Shown here: positions 1 through 12,900 of the stretch, in pieces
Numbering within the stretch: the stretch's first letter is position 1
How the letters are laid out: each line of letters starts with the position of its first letter
Assembly (NCBI GenBank): GCA_036172245.1
Contig: JAYWIR010000013.1
Span: forward strand, 682,001-746,000
Length of the DNA stretch: 64,000 bases
Origin: Raillietiella orientalis
Taxonomy: Eukaryota
Reading direction: 5' to 3'
The notes under the pieces: model-generated
What the model was told of the DNA's origin: nothing
The model's database searches: none
Seen by the model: the letters and a program-made list of their open reading frames with translations, nothing else
Translations under genes and position numbers: made by a program

Positions 1-852
1 CGCTTTCCCACGTTATTCTTCCTCCCGGATTACGGGGCTCGGGAATCCCCCCGCGCGGGGAGAAAACATCTGCGCCCAGCGCGCGCGCGCGCTGGAATTC
101 GGCTGGGGAGATTCCCTCGCCGGCGGAGAATGGAAGAGGGGCGCTCGGGCCGCCCCCTTTCACGGTCTGCGCTCATCGGGCCCCTCGGGCTCCACGACCT
201 GCTTCCCGGAGGTCGCCGCCGCGCCGGAACACCCCGCTCTTCCTCCTCGTCCTGTTCCCTCCCACCTCGCCACGCCCCAACGCCACCGCCAACCGCCTCC
301 CTCCCGCTCGTGGGAGACAAACGCCGCCGCCGAGAGAGGCGCCCTCGGCGCACCTGAGAGAGAGCGGCAGCGCCTTGCGATCGCCGAGGCACTCCGGGGG
401 GAAATGAAGGCACACCATCCTGCACTGCCCGTCCTCTTTACCCCCCCTCCCGTCCCTTCCCTTCTATCCCATCCCCTGACTTCTCTCAGAGAGCAGGAAC
501 CGACTCCGGAGCTGCATCCCCTTCGTACCTGAGTTCCGGGACTCCCTCCTTGTCCCACCCGGGAGAGCGAGACCGTGAGGAAAAGGGTGCGCCCTCCCCC
601 CCAGCGAAGGTGAATCTCCCCTCCTCCTCAGGAGGGAGAGAATTCACTCGCCCCTACGTCCCTTTATTCCCCCCTCCCCTCCTCCCCCCTTCCCTTTCTC
701 CTCTCCACTCCGTCCCCGCGACGTCACCATCTCCTCGCAGGCGGTAACTGCCTGAGCGCGTTTGCCCGCGCAGCCCCGGCCCCCTGCCACCGTCCCCCCC
801 TCTCCCTTCCCTCCACCTCCCCTTCCACAGGAGGAGAGAGGACGGCGGAACG

Positions 853-1050
853 TTCCCACGCAGCGGGCAGGCCTGCTCTCTCTCTCGCCCCGCTCGCGCA
901 CGCATCCTCGCGCACTCCTCCACTGACGTCATGGGAGTTTCCTCGCGCCGCTGCGCGCGAGCCGCGGAATCCGCCCGGCCCACCGGGCGCGGGGGACGCA
1001 GGCGATTGGCTGGGTCCGCCCCGGCGGCACGTCCCCTCGTCAATCAATAG
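853..1050 (+). promoter_or_regulatory. Putative SoxN proximal promoter motif cluster
   Basis: Su(H)/CSL site TTCCCACG 853-860, palindromic CRE TGACGTCA 924-931, inverted CCAAT (GATTGGCT) 1004-1011, GC boxes (CCGCCC) near 971 and 1016, half-CRE CGTCAATCAAT ~1038-1048, about 1 kb upstream of the ATG. TSS not determinable from sequence. Confidence 0.5.
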
Positions 1051-1204
1051 CGAGCAGCCTCGGCCGCGGACGGACGGACGGGCAAAGAGCGCCGAGTGTC
1101 GGAGCCGAGCGGTCGTGCGTCGGGATCGCTGCGAGGTGCCGTCGTCGGTCTGTCGCTGACCGTTGCGCGTTGCCTGTTGTGTGCTCTTTGCCGCCTGCTG
1201 CCAG

Positions 1205-1298
1205 CTGTGGTGGTGGTGGTCGTGGTCGTGGTCATCGTCGTCGTCTCTGCCGCCGTTGCTGCTGCTCCTTCTCCTCCTGCTGTTGCCACCGCTGCTGC
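1205..1298. repeat. Imperfect trinucleotide repeats (GTG/GTC)n and (GCT/GCC)n in presumed SoxN 5' leader
   Basis: tgtggtggtggtggtcgtggtcgtggtcatcgtcgtcgtc followed by gccgccgttgctgctgct runs. Confidence 0.8.
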
Positions 1299-1856
1299 AC
1301 GTCACACCTCTGGTTCTTCCCTCGTGTGGTGCGTGTCGACTACCTGCTCTCTCCCGGCGCCAGTCGGAGTCTCCTCCGTCCCGTACCACCCCCAGGTCAT
1401 CGAGCATTCCCACCCCGGCCTCGTGGAACCTCTCCCTCCGTGCCAGAAGGACAAGGACGAGTCAAGCCCGGCCGCTGGGAAGGATGGCGGTGTCGCTGCC
1501 GCCCTGTGCGACGCGTGCCTCCAGCACCCCCATGGGGTCTGCTGTCCCCGAGACCACGGTCTGAACGATGCTGAGTGAATACCCCCATCTGCAACTAGCT
1601 CCTCCTTCGAGAACCGTCCGCCCGAGGTCTCCGGCGTCGATAGTCGGAAGCTTCTGACGAGCCTCGTGGTGCTCAGTTGCCCTCCGTCGACCCCCTTCCC
1701 CTTCCCTCCCGAAAGCGAAAGGACCGAGACCGCACACCCTTTCCCACCCCTTTTTCTAGCTTCCCCTGCCCTTCCGTGGCCCTGGTGCCGTTGGCGGCGC
1801 ACGCCCGTCCTTCTGCCCTCATCCTCTCGCCCCGTCGACACCTCCCGCCCCGTTGA

Positions 1857-3254
<1,398 letters not shown>

Positions 3255-3935
3255 ACAGGGCGGGGTGGAGCAAGAAAATGCGAAAGGGGTCTCCAAGGAG
3301 AAAGTGACGCCCGCCCGGAAGGGCTGCTCCCGACCTGTGTGTCCCCGGGAGGTCCGAGGGTGACGGGAAGCCCCTCTGGACCCTCTCCACTCTCGGTTCC
3401 GGACAAGCGGCGCAGGAGAAAGACGGACCGCACCCCGCTCCGTCCCCCTTCCCCCCCGTCGGGCCGCGGGATGTTCGACACTCCCCCTACCCTCACCCTC
3501 CGGGCCAGCCAGGAGTGATTCCGTCCCCCCCTCCCCCTCTCTTCCAACCTTTCCCCTTCCCTCCCAGACCACGTTCGATGGGACTCTCCTTGGCAGGTTC
3601 CCCTGCGGATGCCTTCCTTCCCTCTGCTGCTCCCCGGAAAGGGACGGAGGAGGTGCGGGACTGACCACCTGCTCCTCAGCTTGCTGCTGTCCTCCGTCCG
3701 AAACCGACGAGGGCGCCGGTCTCGCCGTCTGCGCCTTCGGACCGCCCCCACCCGAAGCCTCGGGTTCGGCTGCCCCAGAGGCCCAAGGAGGCGCGCGTGT
3801 CCCACCAGGCTCGGAGGGTCCGCGCCGGGGACTCCGCGAGAAGTGGAGGCTCTGGTGCGACACCAGCGGTCCACGACGGCAAGGGCGGCAGAAAAGGAAA
3901 GCGCCGTCCCCTATTTTGTTCCCGAATTTGAAGGA

Positions 3936-3941
3936 AATAAA
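3936..3941 (+). terminator. Candidate polyadenylation signal of SoxN
   Basis: First AATAAA downstream of the stop, in a local AT-rich patch (ctattttgttcccgaatttgaaggaaataaa) ~680 nt after TAG, followed by a GT-rich stretch. Confidence 0.55.
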
Positions 3942-6900
3942 CGCATAGAGTCTTGTAGTCTGGAGGGTCAGCGGCGCCTCCAGGAGTAGGGCGGGGGGCG
4001 ATCGCCCCTCTTTTCCGCGCACTTTTTTTCCTCCGTTTTTCCTCTCCTCACCCGGGGCCGAAGTCCGACCCAGAAGAGCGGCCTCGCATCGCATTGGGCA
4101 CGCATCCTACGCAGAGAAAGGACCCCAGCGTGCGCCTCGCACCCCTGCCGGCTAACCTCACAAGCGGGAAGGAGGTGGAGAGGTGGCGCCTGCCACTGTT
4201 TCTTCGTCACCTGGGGATGGCTGGGTTTCAGGAGAAGCATCCCGGCGGGAGGGACACCTCCGCTCCTGATGGACTGGGGCAAAAACTAGGCGAGAAACGG
4301 TTGACGCGGAAAGCTGGATGGCTCCCCGCCGCCTCCGCCGAGCTCCCATCTGGAGAGGGAGAGGAAGGGGCGGCCTCGGGAGCACCTCTTACCGGTTTTC
4401 GAGCCGGCAGGAGTCCCCCGGAGGACCTGGACGAGCGCTCACGGCGGATGGCGCGACTCCCCGCATCCACGGTTGTGATGGATGCCTTTATGGATCCGCC
4501 CGTGCCATGGAGGACGAAAAGTGGGGTGAAAGGATCTCGGTGGGGGGTTGAGGGACGGCGCAGGGGGCGATGGCACGGATGGGATTCGTCTGCGTCGGAG
4601 GCGGAGCAGCCGTATCTGCGGTGCCCTGGTTCCCGGTGGCTCAGAGAGGCGAAGGGAAGGGAATAGGGGCATCACTCCGCCTCGCGCGTTGCTTCTGCAG
4701 CGCCCATTCGCCCTCTTTTCAGTCTCCCGGGCGCGCCTCGGCCGGCTGCTGCAGCCGAAGAGGCGCGAAGGCAGCGGGGCGGAACGTCCGTGCCGAGGGG
4801 TACGGCGCGCCCTCTTCCTGCAAGAACGGCGATCGGGTTCAACGGGACCACCTCCTCCTCCCCAGGGATTTCGCGTGGAAGTAGGAAAAGAAAGGGAAGA
4901 AGAAAGAAAGAAAGAAAAAAAAAAGGAAAGGGCAAACCAACGAGGGCGCCGGCGCGCACGCGTCAATCAGCGCCTCCACCGCGTATCCTTGCGAGCGCCG
5001 AGCGAAAGAGAGGGAGGAGGAAGGGGGGAGAAGGAGGAAACGCGTTTTTTCACGCTCCTCCGCGCGTCAACCAGGTGCTGCGCGCGCGACGGCGGTCTCA
5101 CCCACCTGGAAGCCCTGTGGCCCCTCCTTCCCCCCCTCTCCCCCTCCTCCCTTTCGGAGGTGACGGACACGTCGCGTCCCCGTTGGGAAGGCGAGATTTA
5201 TCGCCTCGCTGGGAAGCGGCGGCAGGAGAAGGGAGAGAGGTGGCGGCGGCCCGCTAGTGAGTGGGGCGGAGGGGAGGACGCTGGCCACGCCACCTTCTCC
5301 ATCCGCTCTCCGCCCCGGGGGACGGCAGCGCGCCCCCTGGACGGCCGCCGCCTCGTGTGCACGCGCCTGCACGAGAGCCCCTCGGTGAGCGGCCAGCAGA
5401 CTGCGTGGCGGCGGCGGCCGTCGTCGCCGCCGCCGCAGCCTCCCTCTGTCTGCCCGTCCCCGGTCTCTCCCGGTTCCTTCCTGGAGCCCGGGGGAGGGCC
5501 CACCTCTCTTTCCCTCGTTCGTGGCGCCGTCGCCACATCCGGCTCCTCTCCTTCCTATCTCACGATGACGGTGCGGATTCTGCAGCCTCCGGACCTCTCT
5601 CTCTCTCTCTCCCTGCTCCATTAACAAAGCGTGAAGTCACTCTGACCCGAGACGCACCTTCACGCCACCCCCTCGAACAGATCCCTAGGTGCTTCCTGTG
5701 TTCCCCACGTGTTTCGCCCCGCCGCGTCGTTGCAGAGCAAAGAGCGAGAGAGGCGGGAGAGAGCGCACCGGGGTCATCTCCGCTTTTTCTCCTTTCTGAG
5801 GGGAGGTAGCGACGGCGAGGGGGGAAAGGCGGAGGCAGGGTCTGGGGTCATGCAAGAAATCCCGGAGCAGCCTCCTCGCCCGCCCGCCGCCTGTAGCCGA
5901 GCAACCAGAGCTGCGCGGCGCAAGCGACCTCCTCGGGGACGTCTCCTCCTTCCGCCGAGCCGCTGGACCGCACGGGCGGCAAAAGGGCAGAGCGCGGAGA
6001 GATGGAGGAGGGCGAGGGGGAGGCAGGCCTCCTGCCCCCTCCGCCCCCTCCCTAAACCCCTTACTGCGGCGCCCCCCGCTCGGCGGGCGGGAGGGTCCGC
6101 CCGTCGGCAGCAACGCCAGCGGGGGTGCGCGCGCGCGGCATTTCACCTTCCCCTCCCCCTTTTTCCCTCTCCGACCTGCTCCTTCCTCTCTTTTCCGCTC
6201 CCGCGCTCTCTCCCCCTTTCCCGGAGCAACGGAACGTCCGGTCAGGGAGGATCCCCGCGGCTCTGCGGCCTCGGACGGAGAGATGCTGCTGCGACGCCGG
6301 GCGCGAAACTTTCACCCCCTCCCTGCAGAAGAGTTATCTGATTTGCCCCCCCCGCGCAATCACGCGCGCGCGGGGCCCGCCGTTGCCATGAGAGACGCGT
6401 CCGCGGGCGTCCCGAGCGTGTGAACTATGCGAGGAATGCCTCCCCGCTCCGGACCCACCCGGCGATCCGCTGACGGGAGTCCGTTCCCGGGAGAATTAAA
6501 GAACAGTGCGTCTTCCTTAACAGAGGGGTCCAGAGGGCGGAGGCTGCGCGAACTGGACCCTTCGCGTCGATGCCGCCGCCGCGCAATGGGGAATTTGTCA
6601 TCTTGTTGTGGACCCCTGCGATAAAGACGTGCCAAGGAATCTCGTCTCCGTGACAACCCCCGCGCGCGCTCCACGACGGACGTCGCACGAGGCAAGCGCG
6701 CGGGCCGGACGATGATTGATCTCGCCCACGCAGTGTCCGCCGCTGCTGCCCACCTCGAGAGCGCCGCAGCTGCCGCCGCCGCGCGGAAGACGTCCGGGCT
6801 TCCTCCCTCTCCCCCGCCTCCATCAGGACTTCCTTCTCGCCCCTCGCACACCATCCCTCCTTCCTGGCGGCGCCCGGGTAAGCGAGGAGAAAAAGGAATG

Positions 6901-9900
6901 ACCCACCCCCATCCACTGGTGGGTCGAGAGAAAGTGTGCGCGCGCGTGGCGACTGCTGCGCTACCGGGTGACCCCGCCACCGATGCCGCCCCTCCTCCGG
7001 CGTTTACCTTTGACCTGCCCCCTCCCGCGGCCGCCGCCGTAGGGCTCGTTCCCCGGCTGCCGTTCCGAGGCTCAGCGCGATTCTCACAGGTCAAAGCGAC
7101 GCGGACGCGCGCTCTTGGAGGGCGTCGGCTCCCTCGCCTGTGAGGGGGCGCATCTCCTGCACCTCCGCGCCCTCGGCGCGGGCCACTGTGTAGAGCTTCT
7201 GGCATGCCACTCCCAACCTTTATACGTCCCTGAGCCACGAAGGACATGCCGGATTCCCTACTCTTTCTCATACAAGAGAGAACCCGCAGAGGCTCCCGTG
7301 GTAGCCGAAGAATAGGGACCGCCCACGGAAGAAGGAAAGGGAGGGAACAGACCTATCGGTGGGAAATCCCTCCAGCAGGTAGTCTCTGATGGAGGCGCTG
7401 CGCCCTGCCATGACTGGGGGATTCTGCGCCAGATGCGCAGCTCCAGGACGGCGCTCACCCTCTCCGCTTTTCCCCTTCCTCCTTCGCCACAGCTAGCACC
7501 GACTTTATCTCAACCCCAAGCCCTTCTCCGGACTCTTTCGGTTCAGGGGGAGAAGCAGTCTCCTCCCCTTTCTCTAGGGGGTCCGTCGTCCAGCTACCTC
7601 GAGCGGTCGCCTTCCGAGATGGCACTGAAAGGAAGAGGCCGGCAACCTCCAGCTTTTAGCTGGACGATAACGAGGAAACGAGGGGGGGGGGGAAGGTAGA
7701 GGGAATCCAACTCCTCACTCCCTTCCCTTGTGGGAGATCCGCTTACCATTTTCGAGAGGAGTTGGGAGGCGGGATATCCTTCCTTTGGTATCGCCCAGGT
7801 TGTCTGCCTGATTTAGCCGGCCCGAGCGCGGAAGACCCGTTCGCTCTTCCCGGAGACCCACCAGTGGAAGAGGGAGACACTCCTCTCCTTCTCCCCTCCT
7901 TTCTCGAAATCCTGCCGCACGCACTGCTGCCCTCTTCGGATGCGCACGCGAGAGACGCCGACCAACCGTCGGTGGGGAGAACCGTCACCGATTCTCACGA
8001 CCTCTTCACATTCCTCGACCACGCCCCGGCTACGTCTGGAGGGAGTCAGGTCAAGTAGGGCGCCGCTCTGGACACAGCTCTCCCCACTTCCGTGTCTTTC
8101 CGCTAGGTGCCTCCCGTCAGGGTCCCGGGACGAGCGGCACAGGGGAGAGAAGCAGCGGCTGCAGGCGGGGGAGCGTCCCTGGCGGGAACAGAGGAAACAT
8201 TCCTGTGGAGGACCGCGATCCCGGGCAGAGAGAGAAGAACGACTCTCAGATTCCTTCGTGAAAGCCGCTCCTCCCGATCCTGGAGAGAGTCCACGACCTC
8301 TGGGAGCGGCGCCGTGGAGCTCCGAGAGCGGACGGAAGGTGGGGGTGGGGGTGAGGGTGGAAGACGGCGCATCGCGAGTCGCCTCCACCGCCGTCCGCAT
8401 GGACGACGGGACCCTTCTGCGGCCCGGCGAAGGGCGGTGGGGGGAAGTGCGGGCCACGGAGGCGCTCCGCCCCCTTTCCCTTCATATCGGAGGGAAAGGG
8501 GGAGAAGCTGTCCAGCAGCTCTCTCCCTCCCTCCGAATGCCGCTGCTGCTGCATCTCTGTGGGTCACCACCGTTGCCGCTCGCGTGCGCGCACGAGGAGA
8601 GGAAAAAAAGGAGGGAAGGAGGGAGGGAAGGGGAAGAGCAGGGACGAAAATCTATTTCCACCTGTCAATCAGAGCAAACGGAGGCCGAGGTCCCGGAGAG
8701 CAACGGGTAAATCCGCGGGTCCCGTTCCTGCGACCCGTGCGAAAGCCGCCGCCGCCGTCGTCTTGGCGGCGGGAGGGGGGGAGAAGGGAGGGAAATGCGC
8801 TCTTGCCCTTCTCCCTTCGTTTCTCGCCCTCTTCAGACCTCTTTCCCTTCATTTTCCCCTCCCTCCCTTCCGCCCCCCGCGAGGGTCTGCGTACCCTCGC
8901 AGGCAGAAGGGCAGGGCAGGGAAAGCAGTCCGTCCGCCGGCCCCGGAGGGGAGAATTCTGATTTTGCTTTCACTTTCGCTTTCTCTTGGGGAGGGATAGA
9001 GGAGGGTTAAGGAGGGGCAGAAGCACCCCGAAGACCTCCTAGAGGACCAGTACTTCACTCTCCCTGCCCTCTTGGGTTCGGGGTTGCCGCCACCCGTCCC
9101 GTGACTCTCCGGGAGACCCTCCGAGTTCCTTCTCCGAGCACCCGCCAACGCCATCACTTCTCCAGGGCCAGGGCTTTATCCTTTCCCCCAGCCCCGGAGC
9201 AGCAGGGGAGGAGACGCAAAGTGGCGGAGCTCTTCTCTCGGGCCCTCTTCCTCGACCTCGGCTTTCCGCCTCCTCCCACGCTCTCAGAAGGGAGCACTCA
9301 ACCGTGCCCTCTTGGCAGCAGGAGCTTGGTCTCTGCTGGAGGATGGCGCCTCCGCCAGGTGCGGGGGAGATGGAGAATCCTCAGCTGGCGACGCCATCTC
9401 TGGCGCGCTCGGGGGAGGGGAGGGATGCCTTCGCGACGGCCTCCTCCTGATCGTCCGACCGGTACCTCGGGGAAGGTCGCGCCTGGAGGTCACCACCACA
9501 TCGTGGACGAGCGTCCCCTCCCCGGGGTAAAAAAGGGGGGGTAGGGGAGAAGAGAGAGGGGGAAGAAGAAGGAAGTGGAGGGGAAAAAAAGAGAAACCAA
9601 CGAGGCGGCGGCGGGAGGCATCGAGCCGTTCCGTGACCCCGCGGGCGAGCAAATTGTTTTCTGGTTGAGTGATGGCGTTGGCGGGAACACCCCGAAGGCC
9701 TTTCTTCCTCGCAAAGATCTCGCAGGGGAGGAAGGCGACCCGCGCACGGGGCGACCGTCCAACCTCTCGTGACGGGGCCAAGAGGGGGAGCCCCGGGGGG
9801 AGAGATTAGCGCCGGGAGACGCCACCTCGCCCGCGATTAAGGACCGCGATAGTTCCGCGGGGTCTCCGGGGAACGTCGAGACCAAAGGGGGGGGAAAGAG

Positions 9901-12900
9901 GGGGAGGCGCGGAGTTGACATTTCATTTGGGCGGTGGGTCGTAAAGAGGGGCGGGAGAGACGCCTTCCGCAGGGAGCAAAACGGGCGGGTGGGCATCGGG
10001 GCGGACGCGCGGGAGACGTGGAGAGCTAGCAGAACATTCCGAACCTCCCGGGTCCATCCATCCATCTGCATCCGGAAGGAGGACCAGGGTCATAAAAGGG
10101 AAAAAGAAAAAAAGGAAGAGGCGGTGAGGATGAGGGAACTTCCGCTTCGTCTCTTCTTCCTCCTCTCTTTCTGGGAGGTTGCCCCGGGAGGGACGCTGAC
10201 GGCGTTTTCCCCCACCCACCCCCCTCTCTAGATAGCTCCTTCCCGGAGAGGGGGATGAGGGAGGAAGGGGAAGGTGGCTGCATCGAAAGATGCATCATCC
10301 TACGTCTCCTGCTGATCGCTTCGATCGGGCGCGCGCGCCGCTGCGAGGACGGGATGAAAAGAGCGAGAAGGAAGAGGAGGAAAGGGGGAGGGGAGGGAGG
10401 AGGAGGAGGAATTCTGCGCATGCCATCCGGAAAAGGCCGTCTTCCGGAGATGATGGATGGCGCTTCATTTCCTCGGACCGGCGGCGGTTGTCGCGCGCCA
10501 TTGGCCGCTGCAATTTTTCTCCACAAGCATCGAGCAGCCGCGATGGGAGCGGGGAGTTTCGGGACGGGGACGGCGGCCACGGATGCACCTCCTCCTCCTC
10601 AGCCACCAGAGGTCGCACGGAGGCGCGTGAGACGGCACGAGAACCCACCCTCGGTGACCTCCGGTCCTCGCGCTCCCTGAAAGCAGCGGAGGTGGTCCAC
10701 CTTCCGATGCGTCCCGTCGGGTGAAAGCCTCCGCTGTCGAGACCCGGTGCTGTCCCTCCTCCTCACCCGGCAGTGGCGAAAAAGGGAGGCTGAAAGGGGA
10801 ATAGAGAGCCAAGGGAAGGCGGGAGGGTCTCCGCGGGGTGAGCTACACGGCGCTCCGGGGCAGCGGAATGGAGGGAGGGAGGAGGGAGAAAAAACGCCGG
10901 AGGTGTTGCGGACCGTGAAACGGGAGGTGGTCCGCGTCAGCGAAGCGACGGTCCGTGAAGATGAGGCATTTCCCCATCCGCAGCAGCCCCGATGGCTGCC
11001 GATCCCGCGCGTGCACGCGCCACGCCCTTCCATTAGGCGCACACGCCCGGCACGTTTCTCCCTTCCCATTCAGCGCAGCCAGCGGACCAGAGTGGGAGAG
11101 GCTGCGACGCGGGAGAGCGGGTCACGGACGAGCCGCCGGCGGCGCAGCAGCCGTCCACGCTGCCGCGAGTCGCGCCATCAGGCGCGCGTGCGCGCGCGTG
11201 GCCGGAGACCTGGAGTGGCGGATTCTTCGCCCCCCTTCCCCCCCATCCCTGACTCCCTTTCCGCTCCTCGGAATCGGAGAGAGCCTTCCAGGGTCCCAAA
11301 GGTCTGGGCCTGCCCACCCCATCCTCCCCGCCGGGAAGACGGATCTCATCAGCGTGAACGCAGGGGCGGTCCAGGGTCACGCGGCGTCCTTCCGAGGGCA
11401 AAGGACGCAGCATCGCTGCTCGTTGGGACGGACAGACCGCTTGTGCTGCCGCCGCTGCACCCCAAACGCTGCGGCGGAGAAGGCCCACTTCCCGTGGGTC
11501 GCGACGAAGGATCTTCGGAGCTGTGTGCCTCCGGTGGGACGCGCCTCAGCAACCGGCGGGTGATCGTCTCGCCTCTCCGGGCCCCTTTGGCTCCCCTCCG
11601 GCGGTTTTTCCCGAATCCACACCACGGGATGGGAAATTCCCACAGGTGCTCGACTCTTCCCCTTCTTTGCAGGATGACTGAGCGCGCCTCCTACGCGCCG
11701 CAAGCAGCGGTCCTACTTTGTACCAGAAGGGAGGAACGATTACCTCCTCCCACCAACAGCTAAGGTTAGGGGGGTCGTCCGTTTTCCTCCTTGTACTCCG
11801 TTCCTTTCATCCCCTCTCGGCCCGGAACGCGGGATGAAGGACGAGCCTACCAACGGGGGAAGATAGAGTTCCCTTACGCTGCCAGGAGGATCGGAGCCCG
11901 AAGATCCTGTTCGAAGGGAGGGGAAAACAGAAGTGGGACAACCTCGGGGAAGGATTCTTGGATCTTCCCCCTCCCCTCTCTCTCCTGCTCGCAGTACTCT
12001 GAAGCAATCGAAGGGGCGGATCGGAGGTGGAGGGGCGCTCCTCCTGCTCTTTGGGTCCTCGAGGTTGTCTCAGGGAAGAGACTGCCCGCTCTCCAGGAAG
12101 ACAGCTGGAAGGACGCGCTCGGCTCTACTCCTTGGCCCACCCGCAGCCACGTCGACAGAGCAAAGAGTCCCACTCCTCAGCTGCCCATGGGCCGTCTCCC
12201 TCGCAAACCCAGCATCAGCTCGTCCGGGAAACCTTCGGTCCAAGGGGTCCGACCCTTACGCATCCCCAGTCTCCTGGGAGGGGTCTACCTTTTGCCCCCG
12301 GAGTGGTCTCTAGGGCGCCTCCGAGGAATTGGGGAAAAAGCTGCATCCCGCTTGCCGGCCCCTTCCCACAGTGGTGCAGTGGGCTTGCATCTAACTTCAA
12401 AGACCCGAGCCGCGCGGCCCCTGGAGAGGGGAGGGAGGGCTTGAGCCCTCTGCCCCGATACTCAGCTCCCAGTCTCTTTCCGATGCCGCCGCAGCACTCA
12501 CACCTTGGAGGGAAGGGGGGAGTGACCTTCCCAGAAACCGGGGGATGGCGAGCTCTGTCGCCCTTATATCGGAGCGAGGCACGCGCAACTCGCCCCACGT
12601 GGTTCCTCTTCTTCCAATTGCCCCTCCCTTCTCATCCTCTTCCACCCCGACGCCCTCGCTTTCCTCCCAGAGTGGGGATTCCGTCGGGAGCGCGTCCAGG
12701 AAGAGCTCGGGAGAAGGTATCTGGGATCTCTCCCTCTGCAAGAGAAGGAAAGAACGAGGCTGCGCCATCCTGAACGAGTTTCTTGAGAACCCTCCCTTCC
12801 CTCCAGCCGGAGGGCGCCCGGGAGGCATCGAGACCCGCTGAGCATCCGCCGGCGGGTGCCACACCCCCCATCTTTCTGCTGCTGCTGCTGTACAGGCGGC

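Noticed and set aside
724..1413. Antisense ORF with D/H runs (DDDDHDHDHHHH) and poly-Val/poly-Thr ORFs
   Set aside because: Translations of the trinucleotide repeats in the leader.
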